A DNA stretch of 64,000 nucleotides from Camelus ferus. Its lineage: Eukaryota. Of the stretch, positions 1 through 11,995 are shown piece after piece. The translations under genes were made by a program, and so were the position numbers. Position 1 is the stretch's first letter. Each line of letters begins with the position of its first letter. The stretch lies in NCBI RefSeq assembly GCF_009834535.1, contig NC_045697.1, positions 107,696,001-107,760,000 on the forward strand, read 5' to 3'. The notes under the pieces were generated by a model. That model searched no databases and was not told the DNA's origin. It saw nothing but the letters and a program-made list of their open reading frames with translations.

Positions 1-59
1 CTATACTAAAATATATTTGTTATTGTGATTGTAATGACAAGTGGGGTAATATGAAACAA

Positions 60-350
60 CTTTCAACTGGTTTTTATTTTTAACATAGTAACTTAAGAGT
101 GTATGCATGAGCATACATTCAGAGCATTCTGGCAGTATAGTATTGCATCACAGGTTATTTGAACAATTTCCTATTGTTAGAAATTTGGGTTGTTCCTCAC
201 TTTTCCACAGTAAGAACAGTGCTTTAGAGAACATCTTTTAAAGTGTATCTTTGTTAAGAAAAAATAAAGTATATCTTTGTACATTTGTGTAAGTGTTTTG
301 TGTAGGAAAGTTTTATGAAAGAGTCAGATATGAAAATGTTAAACTTTTCT
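60..350 (-). mobile_element. Ancient L1 (L1ME-like) 3' region fragment
   Basis: Degenerate antisense L1 motifs: 'aacaatttcctattgttagaaatttgggttgttcc', 'aacagtgctttagagaacatctttt'. Confidence 0.55.
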
Positions 351-2159
351 AGTTTATACTTTTTCCTAATAGTGTCCCTAGATTTTAAATTATATTAATA
401 GCTTTTTTCTTTTTGAATGTATCAGACTGAAGGTAGAAATTATTAATATATGACCAGACTCTGAAACAAGAGCCCATGGTAACAAAAGGCACTGAGCTTT
501 TAGGTTAAAGCTCATCTCATTTCTTCACATTTCAGGTTTTTGCTTCTAATGTTTTCCCCAAGAGAAGAAAGTAATTGATAACAGCTATAAAAATACCCTG
601 CAGTTGTTGGAGGAGCTGCTAATTATTTTTTATGGAGCATGGTTTTTAAAAAAATTTTTCTTAAGAACACTATTCTAGGACATGCCATTAAGGAGTTCAG
701 TGAACCCTCTTGGTTTTGCAGAGTGCAGAGTGAGTGTATTTTAGCTCTTCACGTATTTAAGTTTACTTCTGTTGAAATGTTGGTCATGGGTCAGTTTTAA
801 GATCTTCACGCCTGTAGAAAGTCCCAGGAATTGATTTCACTCATCTGTGTGTGGAAAACGTGAAATAAGATACTTTGGCAAAATTTCATGACTCAGGCTC
901 CTTGAAACAGGAACATTTCAGGAATTCCTGTGGCAAAGTTTTTTATTGGCCATCTTAGAGAGTTGATTAATATTTTCGTTGAGGCCAAGCTCTGTTCAAA
1001 ACCATTCAATTGGATTATGTTTCATTCCTCAAGATGAGTGTCTTCTGTTTTGTTTGTGTTCATGGAACTTGTACTTGGAGTTCATTCCTGATTTTCTTTG
1101 TATTACATCAGAATGAGTATAAAAATATACTAATAAGTATAAGTGTCTGTACACACACACACGTACACACACAACCTATATGAATAGACACACATGTGTA
1201 TTTATGCGTAAGTGATATAAGCCATACTTTAAAAATACAATCATCAGTAGGTCATCTAACTTGACTACTTTGTGCGTCCTCATAATGAAGATGATGTCTT
1301 CCCATATTTATTTTATTAGGAAAAATGGTTCTTGATATTTTTCATATGAAAAATTTCTTAATAAAATAAGAATTTCTTAGGAAACAGGGAAACTTCATAG
1401 GTTGAATATAGTGCTTGTGTTTTGATTTTTTTGTGTACTGACCTTGCTTTGCTTCAGGAAACACCCAACAACTTGCTGTTTACTTAATGGTGATTGCTGA
1501 TTTCTTATCAGTTTGATTTAAGTTTGAGCTTTCAGTTTCCTCCTTGTACTTCTCCACTGGGTTACTGTTTAGGACTTTGTGTGTCTGATTCAGAAGGTGG
1601 ACCCTGCAGTTGCTGTTGATAAATCAGCTTGGAACTTGTGTTTAGGTGTCTGGGGGCTGGTTTTGTTGCCTCCTGCCTTTTGTTCTCTTAAAGTAGCCCT
1701 ACGTCTTGATCATGTTTTAGGATTAGTTTACCACCTGGGAGTGGTTATTTCTCTACAGTGAATCACAAAATGAGTCGGTTTGATGAGGCTTCCTGACTCA
1801 AGCCTGACTGACTCAACCTGCTGTCCATGAGCTTCTGGCAGGGTAGGCATGCCCGGAGCAAACTCTGAGCTTGGCCTCCTTCCCTGCATGGGTAATCTCC
1901 ACATCTGCATCCTCGTGGCTGTCCTTTGGAATCCTGAGCTTGCTTCTCCATTCCTGATAGTTCGCCATTTGGATTCTGACATCAAAGTAAAATATAGAAA
2001 TATAGGGAGACAAGAGTAACTCATCTTAATCACCTAGCAGAGAACTTACTTTGGACAGAATCCTAGACATGTTTGTTGTTGATGGTTCACCTCTTACTAT
2101 CACGTGGGCAATTGTAATATTTGTGACCTTGTTTTTGTTTCTAGTTTTTCCTTCTATAA

Positions 2160-3170
2160 TCCATTTTCACGCCATAATCAGTTTGATTTTCTAAAGTACA
2201 GCCTTGCTCATGTCACTGATCATGGTCCTTGTTGCCTGCTGGGTAATGACTCAACTCAAGGTGTGATGGTTAAATTTAGGTGCCAAACTGACTGAGCCAC
2301 AGGGTGCCCAGAGACTTGGTTAAAGATTATTCTGGGTATGTCTGTGAGGGTGTTTCTGGATGAGATTAATGTTTGAATTGGTACAGTGAAGAAAGCAAAC
2401 TGCCCTCCCGCCATGGGTGGGCCTTGTTCAACCCGCTGAAAGCCTGAATTGAACAAAAAGGCTGAGTAAGGGAGAATTCGTTCTCTCTGCCTGTCTTTCA
2501 GCTAGGATATCCATCTTCTTTGCCTTTGGCCTTAAACTTGGACTTGCACTTGAACTGTATTACCAGCTGTCCTACTTCTCTGGTTTACCGACTACAGATC
2601 TTGGGTTTTCTCAGCCTTCATAATCGCATAGGCCAATTCCTTGTCATAAATTCTGTCTCTCTGCCTCTGCTTCTGTCTGTCGTCTCTCTATATATACACA
2701 ATTCCTTTATATTTATATCTCCTATAGACTCTGTTTGTCCAGAGGTCCCTGACTAATACTCAAGACATCTATGCTCTGGTGCCCCGAGCAGGTCTTCTGC
2801 TCTGGCTGCCATGCTGACCTGTTCCTCATTCCTTAGCACACCTACCTGTTCCTCTTTCTCCATCTCTGCTGGGACCAGTCCTTCCTCCTTCCAGTTATAT
2901 CAGTAATGAGAATTCTTCAAAGCCCAGTTCAGAGCCTGTGTCCTCTGTGAAACCTTTCTTGGTTATCTTTTCCTGTAGCAATTTCTTGGCATCCGAATCT
3001 CTGTACTGAAATTTTAGGAATTTAGTCATTTGCTGCCTTCTAGTGTTATCTTTTATACATTTGTGTTTCTTCCCAAATGTATTATAAACTCCATTAGAAC
3101 TCAGACCACCTCTGTACTTCTAAATCCTCCAGTGTTCTTGGTTTTGCTTCATGTAGTGGAGTGTTTACTG
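2160..3170 (+). mobile_element. L2 LINE 3' fragment interrupted by an MLT2 LTR
   Basis: L2-like motifs on both sides of the LTR: 'ttttctaaagtacagccttgctcatgtcact' and 'ttcttcaaagcccagttcaga...tcctctgtgaaacctttc', 'tataaactcc'. Confidence 0.55.
2262..2760 (+). mobile_element. Solo ERVL LTR, MLT2 family (MLT2C/D-like)
   Basis: Begins 'tgtgatggttaaatttaggtgccaaactgactgagccacagggtgccca'; contains 'tctgtgagggtgtttctggatgagattaa'; ends 'ccctgactaatac'; 5-bp TSD-like caagg/caaga. Confidence 0.9.
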
Positions 3171-3789
3171 ATTTTTTTTTAAGCACTCAGCTCTACCAAG
3201 GAAAGGAAGGCAAGTGTGGGGCATGTGTGCCCAGTCCCCCATCTCCAGCCCATGGAAGAAATGTCTAACTCATTTCCCACAGGACCCAGAACTCTTTATC
3301 AGTGCAGTGCTCCAGGGAGACTCTGCCAGTTTTTTGGAGTTGTTACTAGAAATGAAACTTATATATCATCCTTGACCTAGAGCCAACTTTTCCTAAGAAA
3401 AAAATTGAGTCATATTTAAAGTTCTGTTGAATTGGCCCTTTTCTGAGGTGCTGGTTTGCAACTGTTTTTGCTGCCATCTGCTTTGCTCTTGTCTCTTGCA
3501 ATTTCCATTGCCCTGCCTCAGGCTAAGTCGTTTCGTATCTTCCTCTGTAAATATGTTACGGAGCATATTTGTGTCAATAATTTTGAACAAAAGTGAAGGA
3601 GATGAAATATGGGAAGCGAGTTGTATGTTCCTAGGCAATTTGGATTTGTCAAATTTTATGCACATTTCATTCAAGCTCTGTATGATTCTCCCCATTTTCC
3701 TGCAATTGAATGTAGTTTTTGAGGCATGTCATTGGAAATCTGACCTCACTGTGCTCTTTGTTGGGTCTTTTAAGCTAAGAATATTGCAA

Positions 3790-4018
3790 ACCCTCTGCAC
3801 TTTCCATCCTCCCTACCCTGTTCTCCAGCACTTGTCTTCTAACATATTACAGTTTACTTATTTCTTATGTGCGTTGTTTATCATCTGTCTCCCAGAATAA
3901 GAACATAAAGCTCCAGGAAGGGCAGGGGTCTTGGCTGAATTAGTTTTGATTGTCTTTGGCTCTATGTCCCAAGACGTAGACCAGTGCCTGCCATTCAGTA
4001 AATGTGTGTTGAATTGAG
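3790..4018 (+). mobile_element. L2 3' end
   Basis: 'tctgtctcccagaataagaacataaagctccaggaagggcagggg...cagtgcctg...cagtaaatgtgtgttgaattga' matches the L2 terminus. Confidence 0.75.
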
Positions 4019-5314
4019 TGGGAGTTTGCTGACTTGAAACCATTCACCCCCACATCTCCTTGTTGTCTAGGCTTTCTGATGCATCCTCTGGGACCTCTCT
4101 TTCTTTTTTCCTTCTTGTTACTGAAGATCCCTTCTATCTGGACTATAATTCTTTCAAACCACACAACTACCTCTTCCCTGGGTCTGTGCCTTTGTAATAG
4201 CCACGTCAGTAGCAGGAGTAATTTAGAGTCCCTTGACTGTTCATGGTTTATAAGGCAGGATGCCGTGTACCATCTCGTTGGCAGTTTTTCTGAGTCTGTG
4301 ACAACAATGAATTCTTTAGGGTCTGTCTTTCACCATAGCATGCAAGTTAGCAGTCTTGTCCCACCAGGGGATGCAGCCATTCATCAGTGTGTGCTGGGCG
4401 TACCCAGTGCCAAATTGTGTATAAGGAACTTGCTTCTTCGACAGCATCTTCTGGCCTTCCAGGAACAATCATTGTATTTCCCAGAAGAGTGTGTATATAT
4501 GATATAAGGTCCTCAAGCAAAGTGGTAAAGATGAGAAAGGGAAAAAAAGAAACAGACAACCGCCAGCACGTTTATGGAACACTTTTCAGTGGAAAGTGTT
4601 TGGCTAGATGCTGAAAAACTATTGTTGCCTCAAAGTTACTTTAATAGCAGGAGTTCCATGTGGACCTGTCCAGCAGGAATTGGAGACACAAGCATGGAAC
4701 TGAAATAGTTGTCCTGAGGATGCAGATCACGTAGAGATGAGGTGACTTTCAGGTTCTCCGCCAGTAAATTGCTGTTGCTGCCCTCCTGGCCTTTCTCCTT
4801 GCTGAGCTACAAAGATGGAGCCATTTTCTTCCTCAAGGCCTCTGTTCCTGCCTCCAAGCCATGGGAGTGCTCAATAACTATTAGTGTCTAATGATGATGC
4901 CGGAATATTCCTCTGAGCAATTGGAGAGCTGAAGTCATGTCACATATTGACAGGTGCTCACAAATCTCCTTTTGCTGTTTTGAATTATCACTGCCAGGGG
5001 AGTTGTATACAACTTGTTCTGGCAGAGTGGTCTTAAATATTCATTCCTTTTAGCTATTACTTTAAGAGAAATGCCAGCATTTAGTCTTCAGGCTGCCAGG
5101 GGCAATTTTGGAGAAACTGTATTGTAACTTTTTCAAGATCCTTATTTCATGTAGCTCATTTATTTATACATTAATGTATTAATGCTATTTTTAATAGTGG
5201 AGTGACATGCACTTTCAGGTTAGTGGAAAGTCAGGGGTGAAGTGGAGGTCTTCAATCAGGTGTACTCCCTGGTAAGTTAATTTGCAAGTATTTATTGTTG
5301 TGGGAGGCACCATG

Positions 5315-5530
5315 GGCATGGTGGAAAGAGGATGCAATTTGGGTGCAAATCTGTTTCAAATCCCTGCTTTACTGTTTAGTAAATGTGTGTCTTTGGGCCA
5401 TTATTTTCCTATGATGAACTTTAGCTTCTTTGTCTTTAAGTGGAGATAATAATGCCTGTCCCAAGAGCATGACACGTGCAAACTGCTTAGCAAGGAAGTA
5501 ATAATCACTACATGGTTGTTGTTACTTATG
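5315..5530 (+). mobile_element. MIR SINE
   Basis: 'ttcaaatccctgctttactgtttagtaaatgtgtgtctttgggcca...tttgtctttaagtggagataataatgcct' is the MIR core. Confidence 0.75.
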
Positions 5531-5714
5531 TACTGAAGCTCTATTAGCACTATTCTAGAGATTGTTTGGGGAGGGTCTTTCAAAAGGTAGGTAAGATATC
5601 TGTCTGCAAGGCCGTGAAGATGGTGACATATGTATTTGACACACAAAAAATTAGGACAGCATGTGATGAAGTGTTATTTGTACAGAAAGTAAGTACAAGA
5701 AACCAGAAAGGTAG

Positions 5715-5729
5715 AGGTCACTGAGGTCA
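5715..5729 (+). promoter_or_regulatory. Perfect DR3 nuclear-receptor element (AGGTCA-ctg-AGGTCA); motif only
   Basis: Two exact AGGTCA half-sites in direct orientation with a 3-nt spacer; function untested. Confidence 0.35.
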
Positions 5730-5755
5730 TAGTCTTCAAGAATCATGATGGGGGT

Positions 5756-6150
5756 TGTATTAGGATTCCTTTGGTTGTAAATGATAGAAATGTAAACTGT
5801 TCGGAAAGGGGATGTATTGGCTCACGTGGCCAAAGGTATGGGAGAAGTTTTGGTGGAAGCCAAAGCTGAAAACTCCTATACCACCAAGACGCCCTGTCTC
5901 TTACCCCTACTTCTCTCTGAGTCAGTTTTCTCTCCACAGCTGAGGCATGGCTGGCATGGATCACCCAGAAAGAGCGCCTGACCTTCTTTTAGTCTCCATC
6001 TCAAAATCCCAGGAGTGGCTCTGGTTGGCCTCGCTTGGGTGACACCTTTGTCCCTGTGGCCAGGGGCACAGATTATTTGGTAATTGGCAACCCCATCTAG
6101 AATTACATAGTTAGGATGAAGAAGAGGAATTTGGTCATTCTCAGAAGAAA
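5756..6150 (-). mobile_element. Old MaLR LTR (MLT1J/K/L-like)
   Basis: Starts 'tgtattaggattcctttggttgtaaatgatagaaa'; later 'aaaatcccagga...ctctggttggcctcgcttgggt...ctgtggccagggg'. Confidence 0.6.
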
Positions 6151-6999
6151 GGAGGGTGTTGGACGCAGGAGCAGGAGGTGTGTTTACTTTGAGGGGGAAA
6201 AGGACAGCTTTAGCTGGTTGCAGGGAGAGAGGCAAGTGTGCAAAACACTGAAACAAAGGCACCGAGTCTAGAATGAGAAAATGGGTTGTATTAGTGAAAC
6301 AGGATCAGGTAGACTCAGGGTGACTAGTTTGAAGGGGTTGGTTGTGGATTCTGGACTGATCTGATAGGGCATAAATCCTAAGAACCGACATGGAATTGAC
6401 TTAGTCATGTTGGATCCTGGCTTTTATTCTTTAAAAATCGGTTTCATTTTGTAAGCAGAGTATTTGAATTGGTAATTTGAGGACTAAGTTGAGTGCACTT
6501 GAGAAGTTACACTCATTGAGCACAGACAAGGTAGTCTTTGTAGTCAAGAGACGGATGTCCATCCTGGCAGTACCTTAAAAATTACATGTTATCAAGTATT
6601 TATCTTACTTTTCCTATTAAAAAACAAAAAACAAAAAACAAACCAACCCTATATTTCAGAGTAACCAGATAGATGGTTTGAACAAAAATCTTACCTTTAG
6701 AAGAATTACAGCTAATAAATGAAGAAGAAATGATAAAAAGAAAGTATTATCATTTTGTTACCCCGAATGAAATAACAGATCTAGGGAATGATCACCAGTG
6801 ACTGCTACAACTATTAGGTCAAAGGCTGATGGGGAACTTTATAATTGATGGATCAGGCTAATAACCCCTGAACCCACAGATTAATCCTAACATTACAAAA
6901 AGAGAAAGAAGGAGATAGTTTGTGCTTCCCAATTTGATGCAGTAGGAAATATACAGAAACCATCTGAAGTTTCTTGCCAAAAAAATGTAATGTGCTTCT

Positions 7000-7717
7000 T
7001 TTTTTTGAATTAATCTCTTTTTATTAAGCAATTACTCTATTAGTAGCCATTAGCAGGTACTGAAAAGAACAATGTGGGTAGAAGCATAGTGCAAATCACA
7101 GCACTATTGTTAGTACCAGGAATATAAATGAGAAACCCCATGATTTTCAAAATAAAAGGTGCCTGATTTTCAACTTCCAATCCAAAGATTAGATCAACAA
7201 GAGAAAAACTAAATATGTGAATAAGATCACAATTTTTTAAAAATATATTTTTATTGAAGTATAGTCAGTTTACAATGTTGTGTCAGTTTCTGGTGTACAG
7301 CACAGTGCTTCAGTCATACATGAACATGCATATATTTGTTTCCATATTATTTTTCATATAAGTTACTATAAGATCTTGAATATCATTCCCTGTGCTATAC
7401 AGTATAAACTTGTTTATCTAGTTTATGTATATTAGCTAGTATCTGCAAATCTCAGACTCCCAGTTTATCCCTTCCCACCCTCTTCTCCCCTCTGGTAACT
7501 GTAAGTTTGTTTTCTATGTCTGTGAGTCTATTTCTGTTTTGTAAATAAGTTCATTTGTCTTTTTTTTTTTTTTTTTTTAGGTTCCACATATAAGTGATAT
7601 CATGTGGTATTTTTTCTTTCTCTTTCTGGCTTACTTCACTTAGAATGACAGTCTCCAGGTCCATCCATGTTGCTGCAAATGGCATTATTTTATTACTTTT
7701 TTATGGCGGAGTAGTTG
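7000..7717 (-). mobile_element. Young 5'-truncated L1 (7233-7715) with ~225-bp 3'-transduced flank (7007-7232)
   Basis: L1 3' end 'tttattgaagtatagtcagtttacaatgttgtg...'; unique segment with its own minus-strand AATAAA (tttatt 7020-7025) and poly(T) 6999-7006; whole unit bounded by aatgtgcttct/aatgtgattct. Confidence 0.8.
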
Positions 7718-8135
7718 AATGTGATTCTGATGAAGACTAACTACTGGCTTATATGAAGCACAGGAAACAGAGGACCATGTTAAACAACACCCTGGAGATG
7801 ACAGCCAAATCCAGAATGTAGAAATTTCTATAGGACAATTTACTCAGTTTGTTCAGTTAATAATGGCAAGAAAAACAAAAAAGGAAGAGGAACTTCCTTT
7901 TATTAAGGAACTTCCTTTTATTTTTAAGAGACATAACTAGGTTTGGGTCTTGATTTGGCTAAATCAACTAAGTTGTAAACTATAAATATAAAATTATGAG
8001 ACAATTTAGGAAATTTAACTCTGGACAGGAGGCAAATTAAGGGACTTAAAAAAAGGAATGATAATGGGATTATTATTGAAAAAGAGTCCTTATTTAAAGA
8101 TACATACTGAAATTTTTTTCAAATTATATATAATA

Positions 8136-8579
8136 TTATATGTTTTCTATGACTTATAACAAATTACCACAGACTGGATGGATTAAACAATAAATATTTA
8201 TTTGCTAGTAGTTCTGGAGGCTAGAGGTCTAAAATCAAGGTGTAGGCAAGGCCATGCTCCCTCAGAGATGCTAGGGGAGAATTCTTGCCTCTTCCAGGTT
8301 CTGGAAGCTGTCCTTGGCTTGTGGCTGCATCTCTCCACGCCATCTCACAGGCCCTCTCTTGGGATGTCTGTGTCTAATCCCCCTCTGCCTCTCTCCTATA
8401 AGGATACATGTGATTGTGTTTAGGGCTGACCTGGATAATCCAACATAAATTCTTCCTTAAGATCTGAAGTTATAGTCACAGTTTTGTTTTTTTTTTTTTT
8501 TGCTGTAAAAGTAATATTCACAGTTTCTGGGGATTAGGAAGTGATGTATCTTTACGGGCCACTTTTTCTGCTTATCTCA
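8136..8579 (-). mobile_element. MaLR LTR (MLT1B/C-like)
   Basis: 'ataacaaattaccacagactgg...ttaaacaa...agttctggaggctagaggtctaaaatcaaggtgtaggcaaggccatgctccctc' and 'taatattcacagtttctggggattagg'. Confidence 0.85.
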
Positions 8580-8670
8580 GATATGATATGTGAAATTTAC
8601 TTTAAAACAATCCAGCAGAGGCAGACAGTGGGAATGGGAGATTCTGGGTGGCTATACATCGTTCATTCTT

Positions 8671-8937
8671 TTTTTTTTTTTTTTGAGTTATAGTCAGTTT
8701 ACAATGTTGTGTCAATTTCTGGTGCAGAGCACAATTTTTCAGTCATACGTGAATATACATATATTCATTTTCACATTCTTTTTCACCCTGAGCTACCACA
8801 GGATCCTGTATATATTTCCCTGTGCCATACAGTATAAACTTGTTTATTTATTCTATATATACCTGTCAGTATCTACAAATTTCAAACTCCCATTCTGTCC
8901 CTTCCCACCCCTCTCCGCCCCTGGCAACCACAAGTTT
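8671..8937 (-). mobile_element. Young lineage L1 3' end
   Basis: Poly(T) then 'gagttatagtcagtttacaatgttgtgtcaatttctggtg'; TSD tacatcgttcattctt (8655-8670) / tacattgtccattctt (8938-8953). Confidence 0.9.
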
Positions 8938-11318
8938 TACATTGTCCATTCTTGAGCCGAGTCAGGCCTGTTCATGTACTACTCTCTCTACTTTGTATGT
9001 GTTGAAAACTTTCTGAATAAAAAGGGGAAACAAACAAACAACAAACAAAAAAGGTAAACCAGAATGCCTTAGTAATCAGTTCCTCTCAGAATCTGGAATA
9101 TCCCATATTAACCCCTAGTAAGTATAAACCTCCAATTTTTTCTGTTCGTAAAAATTAGTTATGAGATGTCTAACATTCTGGTTAGTCCATCAGGCTTTCA
9201 CTGCCTTTTCAGACATACTTTGTACTTCTCAAGAAAAAGAAAAAGGTGAATGTCCCTTCATTTGAAATTCAGAACTTGTAAGATGGAAGGTGACCTGAGG
9301 CTTAGATAAGAACCCCCTTTTCCCTTCCTCATGAAAATACTGGTGAGTGCAGGAGGCGGCCTGGTCATCTTTGGAAACTCATGGGCCAAGTAACTTAACA
9401 CAACATCCTTGTCAAGCAGATGGAATCATGAAAGGGTCAACATTTTTACTGGAAGGCCCATCTTTCAGGTCTGTTTAACTGTGATCATAAAATGTCCAAG
9501 TGAGCTGCAACTTGGCACATAGAGTATCCTCCGTGGAGTAGTTCAGTAGTAATGAATATTTTTTCTGTGAATTACTCTTTTTAATGTTATAAGGCTTGAG
9601 ATTTTAATTACGAATTCTAATCTGTTTTATTCTGTTTTTCCTTTAAAGTGAAAAATAATGAGATTTTCATGATTTCTCTTCCTCACCCCTGTGCTGGGAC
9701 GATTTCAAGGCATACATTTCAAAATAAACACACAAGGCATTTCTCAAAGAGCTGTTGTGGCTTGTGTATACAAGTATATTTCTTAAAGTACTATCATATA
9801 CCCAGTTCCGGCTTAGGTGTGTATGTTACAAAGGATAATGACTGTCGACACTGTTTTAGGCTATTCAAGTTATGTCACGTGTATTTTAGTTCCGTAGTGA
9901 CTTTTCTTAAGGAAGGAAGCAGAAATTCATATGCAGAGTCTCCGATCAAATAATGCCTGGGTTGTGACTTAAATTGCCCAAAGCAGCATGTTTAAATGTG
10001 AATTTAGCCTTTAGAAGCCAGTTTGTTAACATGCCATGGTTTTGTATTCTTTCCTCAGTGACTTTCATACTGAATTTGTTTCTTTTCAAGTTAAAAGCTG
10101 TATTTTGAAGGGGTGGTATAAACTCTAGTTGTAAAATCTCAAAATTAGGCCATCTTTTTTCTGCTCATGGAATTAGAATTTTGTATGTGTTGTTTGCTGA
10201 TATATGAGACTACTGAAACCCGGTTCCCTCCTGTATGTTTGTTCTGAGTGTGGTACCAGTTGGCCTGTATACATCACACATAGGAACATGTGGCCAATTC
10301 ACTACAAAATTCAACTTTTTGTGGTATATGCGTTCATATAGTTTATAAGGCTGACGGCATTTTGAACTTATTATTATATTGCTATGACATGGAAACCCAG
10401 GCCTACCGGAAAGATGTATTTCTTGGCAGGTGTGGACTAGAGGTGGTGTATCATAGCAATGTAGATATAAAAATAACTTTTCTATGTGGATGAAGTCATT
10501 GGTGAAGGAATAGATTTAAATCCTTGCAAGCCTCTTGGGCATTCTAGTTGCTTACTAAATGGCTTATTATAAAACTTGATGGTGATTATTAAATCTCTCA
10601 GCCATTGCCTCCTTTTAGAGTTGCAAAATCACCTGATTTATGTACTCTGTAATAAAGGAGAAAGGATGTATAGAAATAATTGAGATAATGGCTTACATTT
10701 CACTTGATATAGTATTATGATAATCTGTTCTGCATTTTTTAGTGTATGTTTTTGTGCACAGAAGAACTATTTACTCAGTAATCGTCTTTAAGATATAGGT
10801 TCTTTTATTACCCAGGTATACTTTAATTTTTCAAGAACACACATCTTTACATAAAATGAGATACTTCTTAAGTTTTGTTTTCCTCTTTGCTACTTTTTCT
10901 TCTTTATCTTAAAGAAGATAAACCATGATGCAGAAATCTGATTGAAAAAGAACTCTAAGGTTTGCATGATTTTTTTTTGGTTTGCAAATAATTAACAAAA
11001 AAGGAATCATTATGCAAAAACAAAGCATTGTCTTTGAGTGAATAACAAATACAAAATACCATCCAAACCTTTACTGATTTTACATCCTTCATGTCTCTCA
11101 AATCCGTTTGTTTTCCCTCATCTGTATTAGCTCCACCCTCTCTTCTAGATCCTTACAGTAGCTTCTTAACTGGTCTTCCTCCTACTCTGTCCACTCTCTC
11201 CAGTGGGTTCTTTGCTCCAGCCTTAGTGATATTTAAACAGTATCGATTTCATGGTGTCATTTTCCTTCTTCTTCCTCCCTTCCATTTGAAAATCCATTTG
11301 AGGCTTCCCATCACTCTT

Positions 11319-11642
11319 TTGTAAAAAAATTTTTTATTTATTTTTTATTGAAGTACAGTCAGTTACGATGTGTCAATCTCTGGTGTACAACACAATATCC
11401 CAGTCATGCATATGCATGCATATATTCGTTTACATATTTTTTTCCACTAGAGGTTGTTACAAGATACTGAACATAGTTCCCTGTGCTATACAGAAGAAAC
11501 TTTTTTAAAATCTATTTTTAAATATAGTGGCTAACATTTGTAAATCTCAAACTCCCAAATTTGTCCCTTCCCACCCCCTTTCCATAAGATTATTTACTAA
11601 GTCTGCAAGTCTGTTTCTGTTTTGTAGATGAATTCCTAGTGT
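11319..11642 (-). mobile_element. Young lineage L1 3' end
   Basis: 'ttttttattgaagtacagtcagttacgatgtgtcaatctctggtgtac...ttccctgtgctatacag'; degenerate TSD ccatcactctt/ccattgttctt. Confidence 0.85.
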
Positions 11643-11995
11643 CCATTGTTCTTAAGGTAAGTAAAGATCCTTAATATGTGCCAGGCGCTGTGGACTCTAG
11701 CCCACCACCTTGCCAGCCTCACCTCTGACCCTTCTCTCACCGGCTCTCAGTACTTCAGCACCACAGGCTTTCTTTCATCTCTTCATGTGCCCCCATAGTC
11801 TTTAAAAAAGCCACAGAGCCTTTGCACATGCTGTTCACTCTACTTGGAACACCATTCTCCTCCACCCCACCATCCCTGTACCTCTCCCCACATAATCCCC
11901 TTTGCGTAATTTGTTAACTCCTATTTATCTTCAGCTAAAACCACATTTCCTCAGGGAAGCCTTTTTACACTAGTTGGGTCTCTCTTTTATAGGCT

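Larger units (their letters stand above)
6650..9025 (+). mobile_element. L1MC-type 3' end broken by three later insertions
   Basis: L1MC4/5-like 3' UTR motifs 'gaattacagctaataaatgaagaagaaatgata', 'ggctgatggggaactttataattgatggatcaggct', 'agccaaatccagaatgtagaaatttctatagg'; terminus 'ctactttgtatgtgttgaaaactttctgaataaaaag'. Confidence 0.75.

Noticed and set aside
3427..4507. Longest ORFs (157 aa at 3427-3900 and 4034-4507)
   Set aside because: Start at non-ATG codons, L/F/C/S-rich composition typical of T-rich intron, overlap L2 relic, no recognisable domain.
9649..9815. Strong-looking acceptor 'ttctaatctgttttattctgtttttcctttaaag'
   Set aside because: No convincing donor nearby; such tracts are common in T-rich introns.
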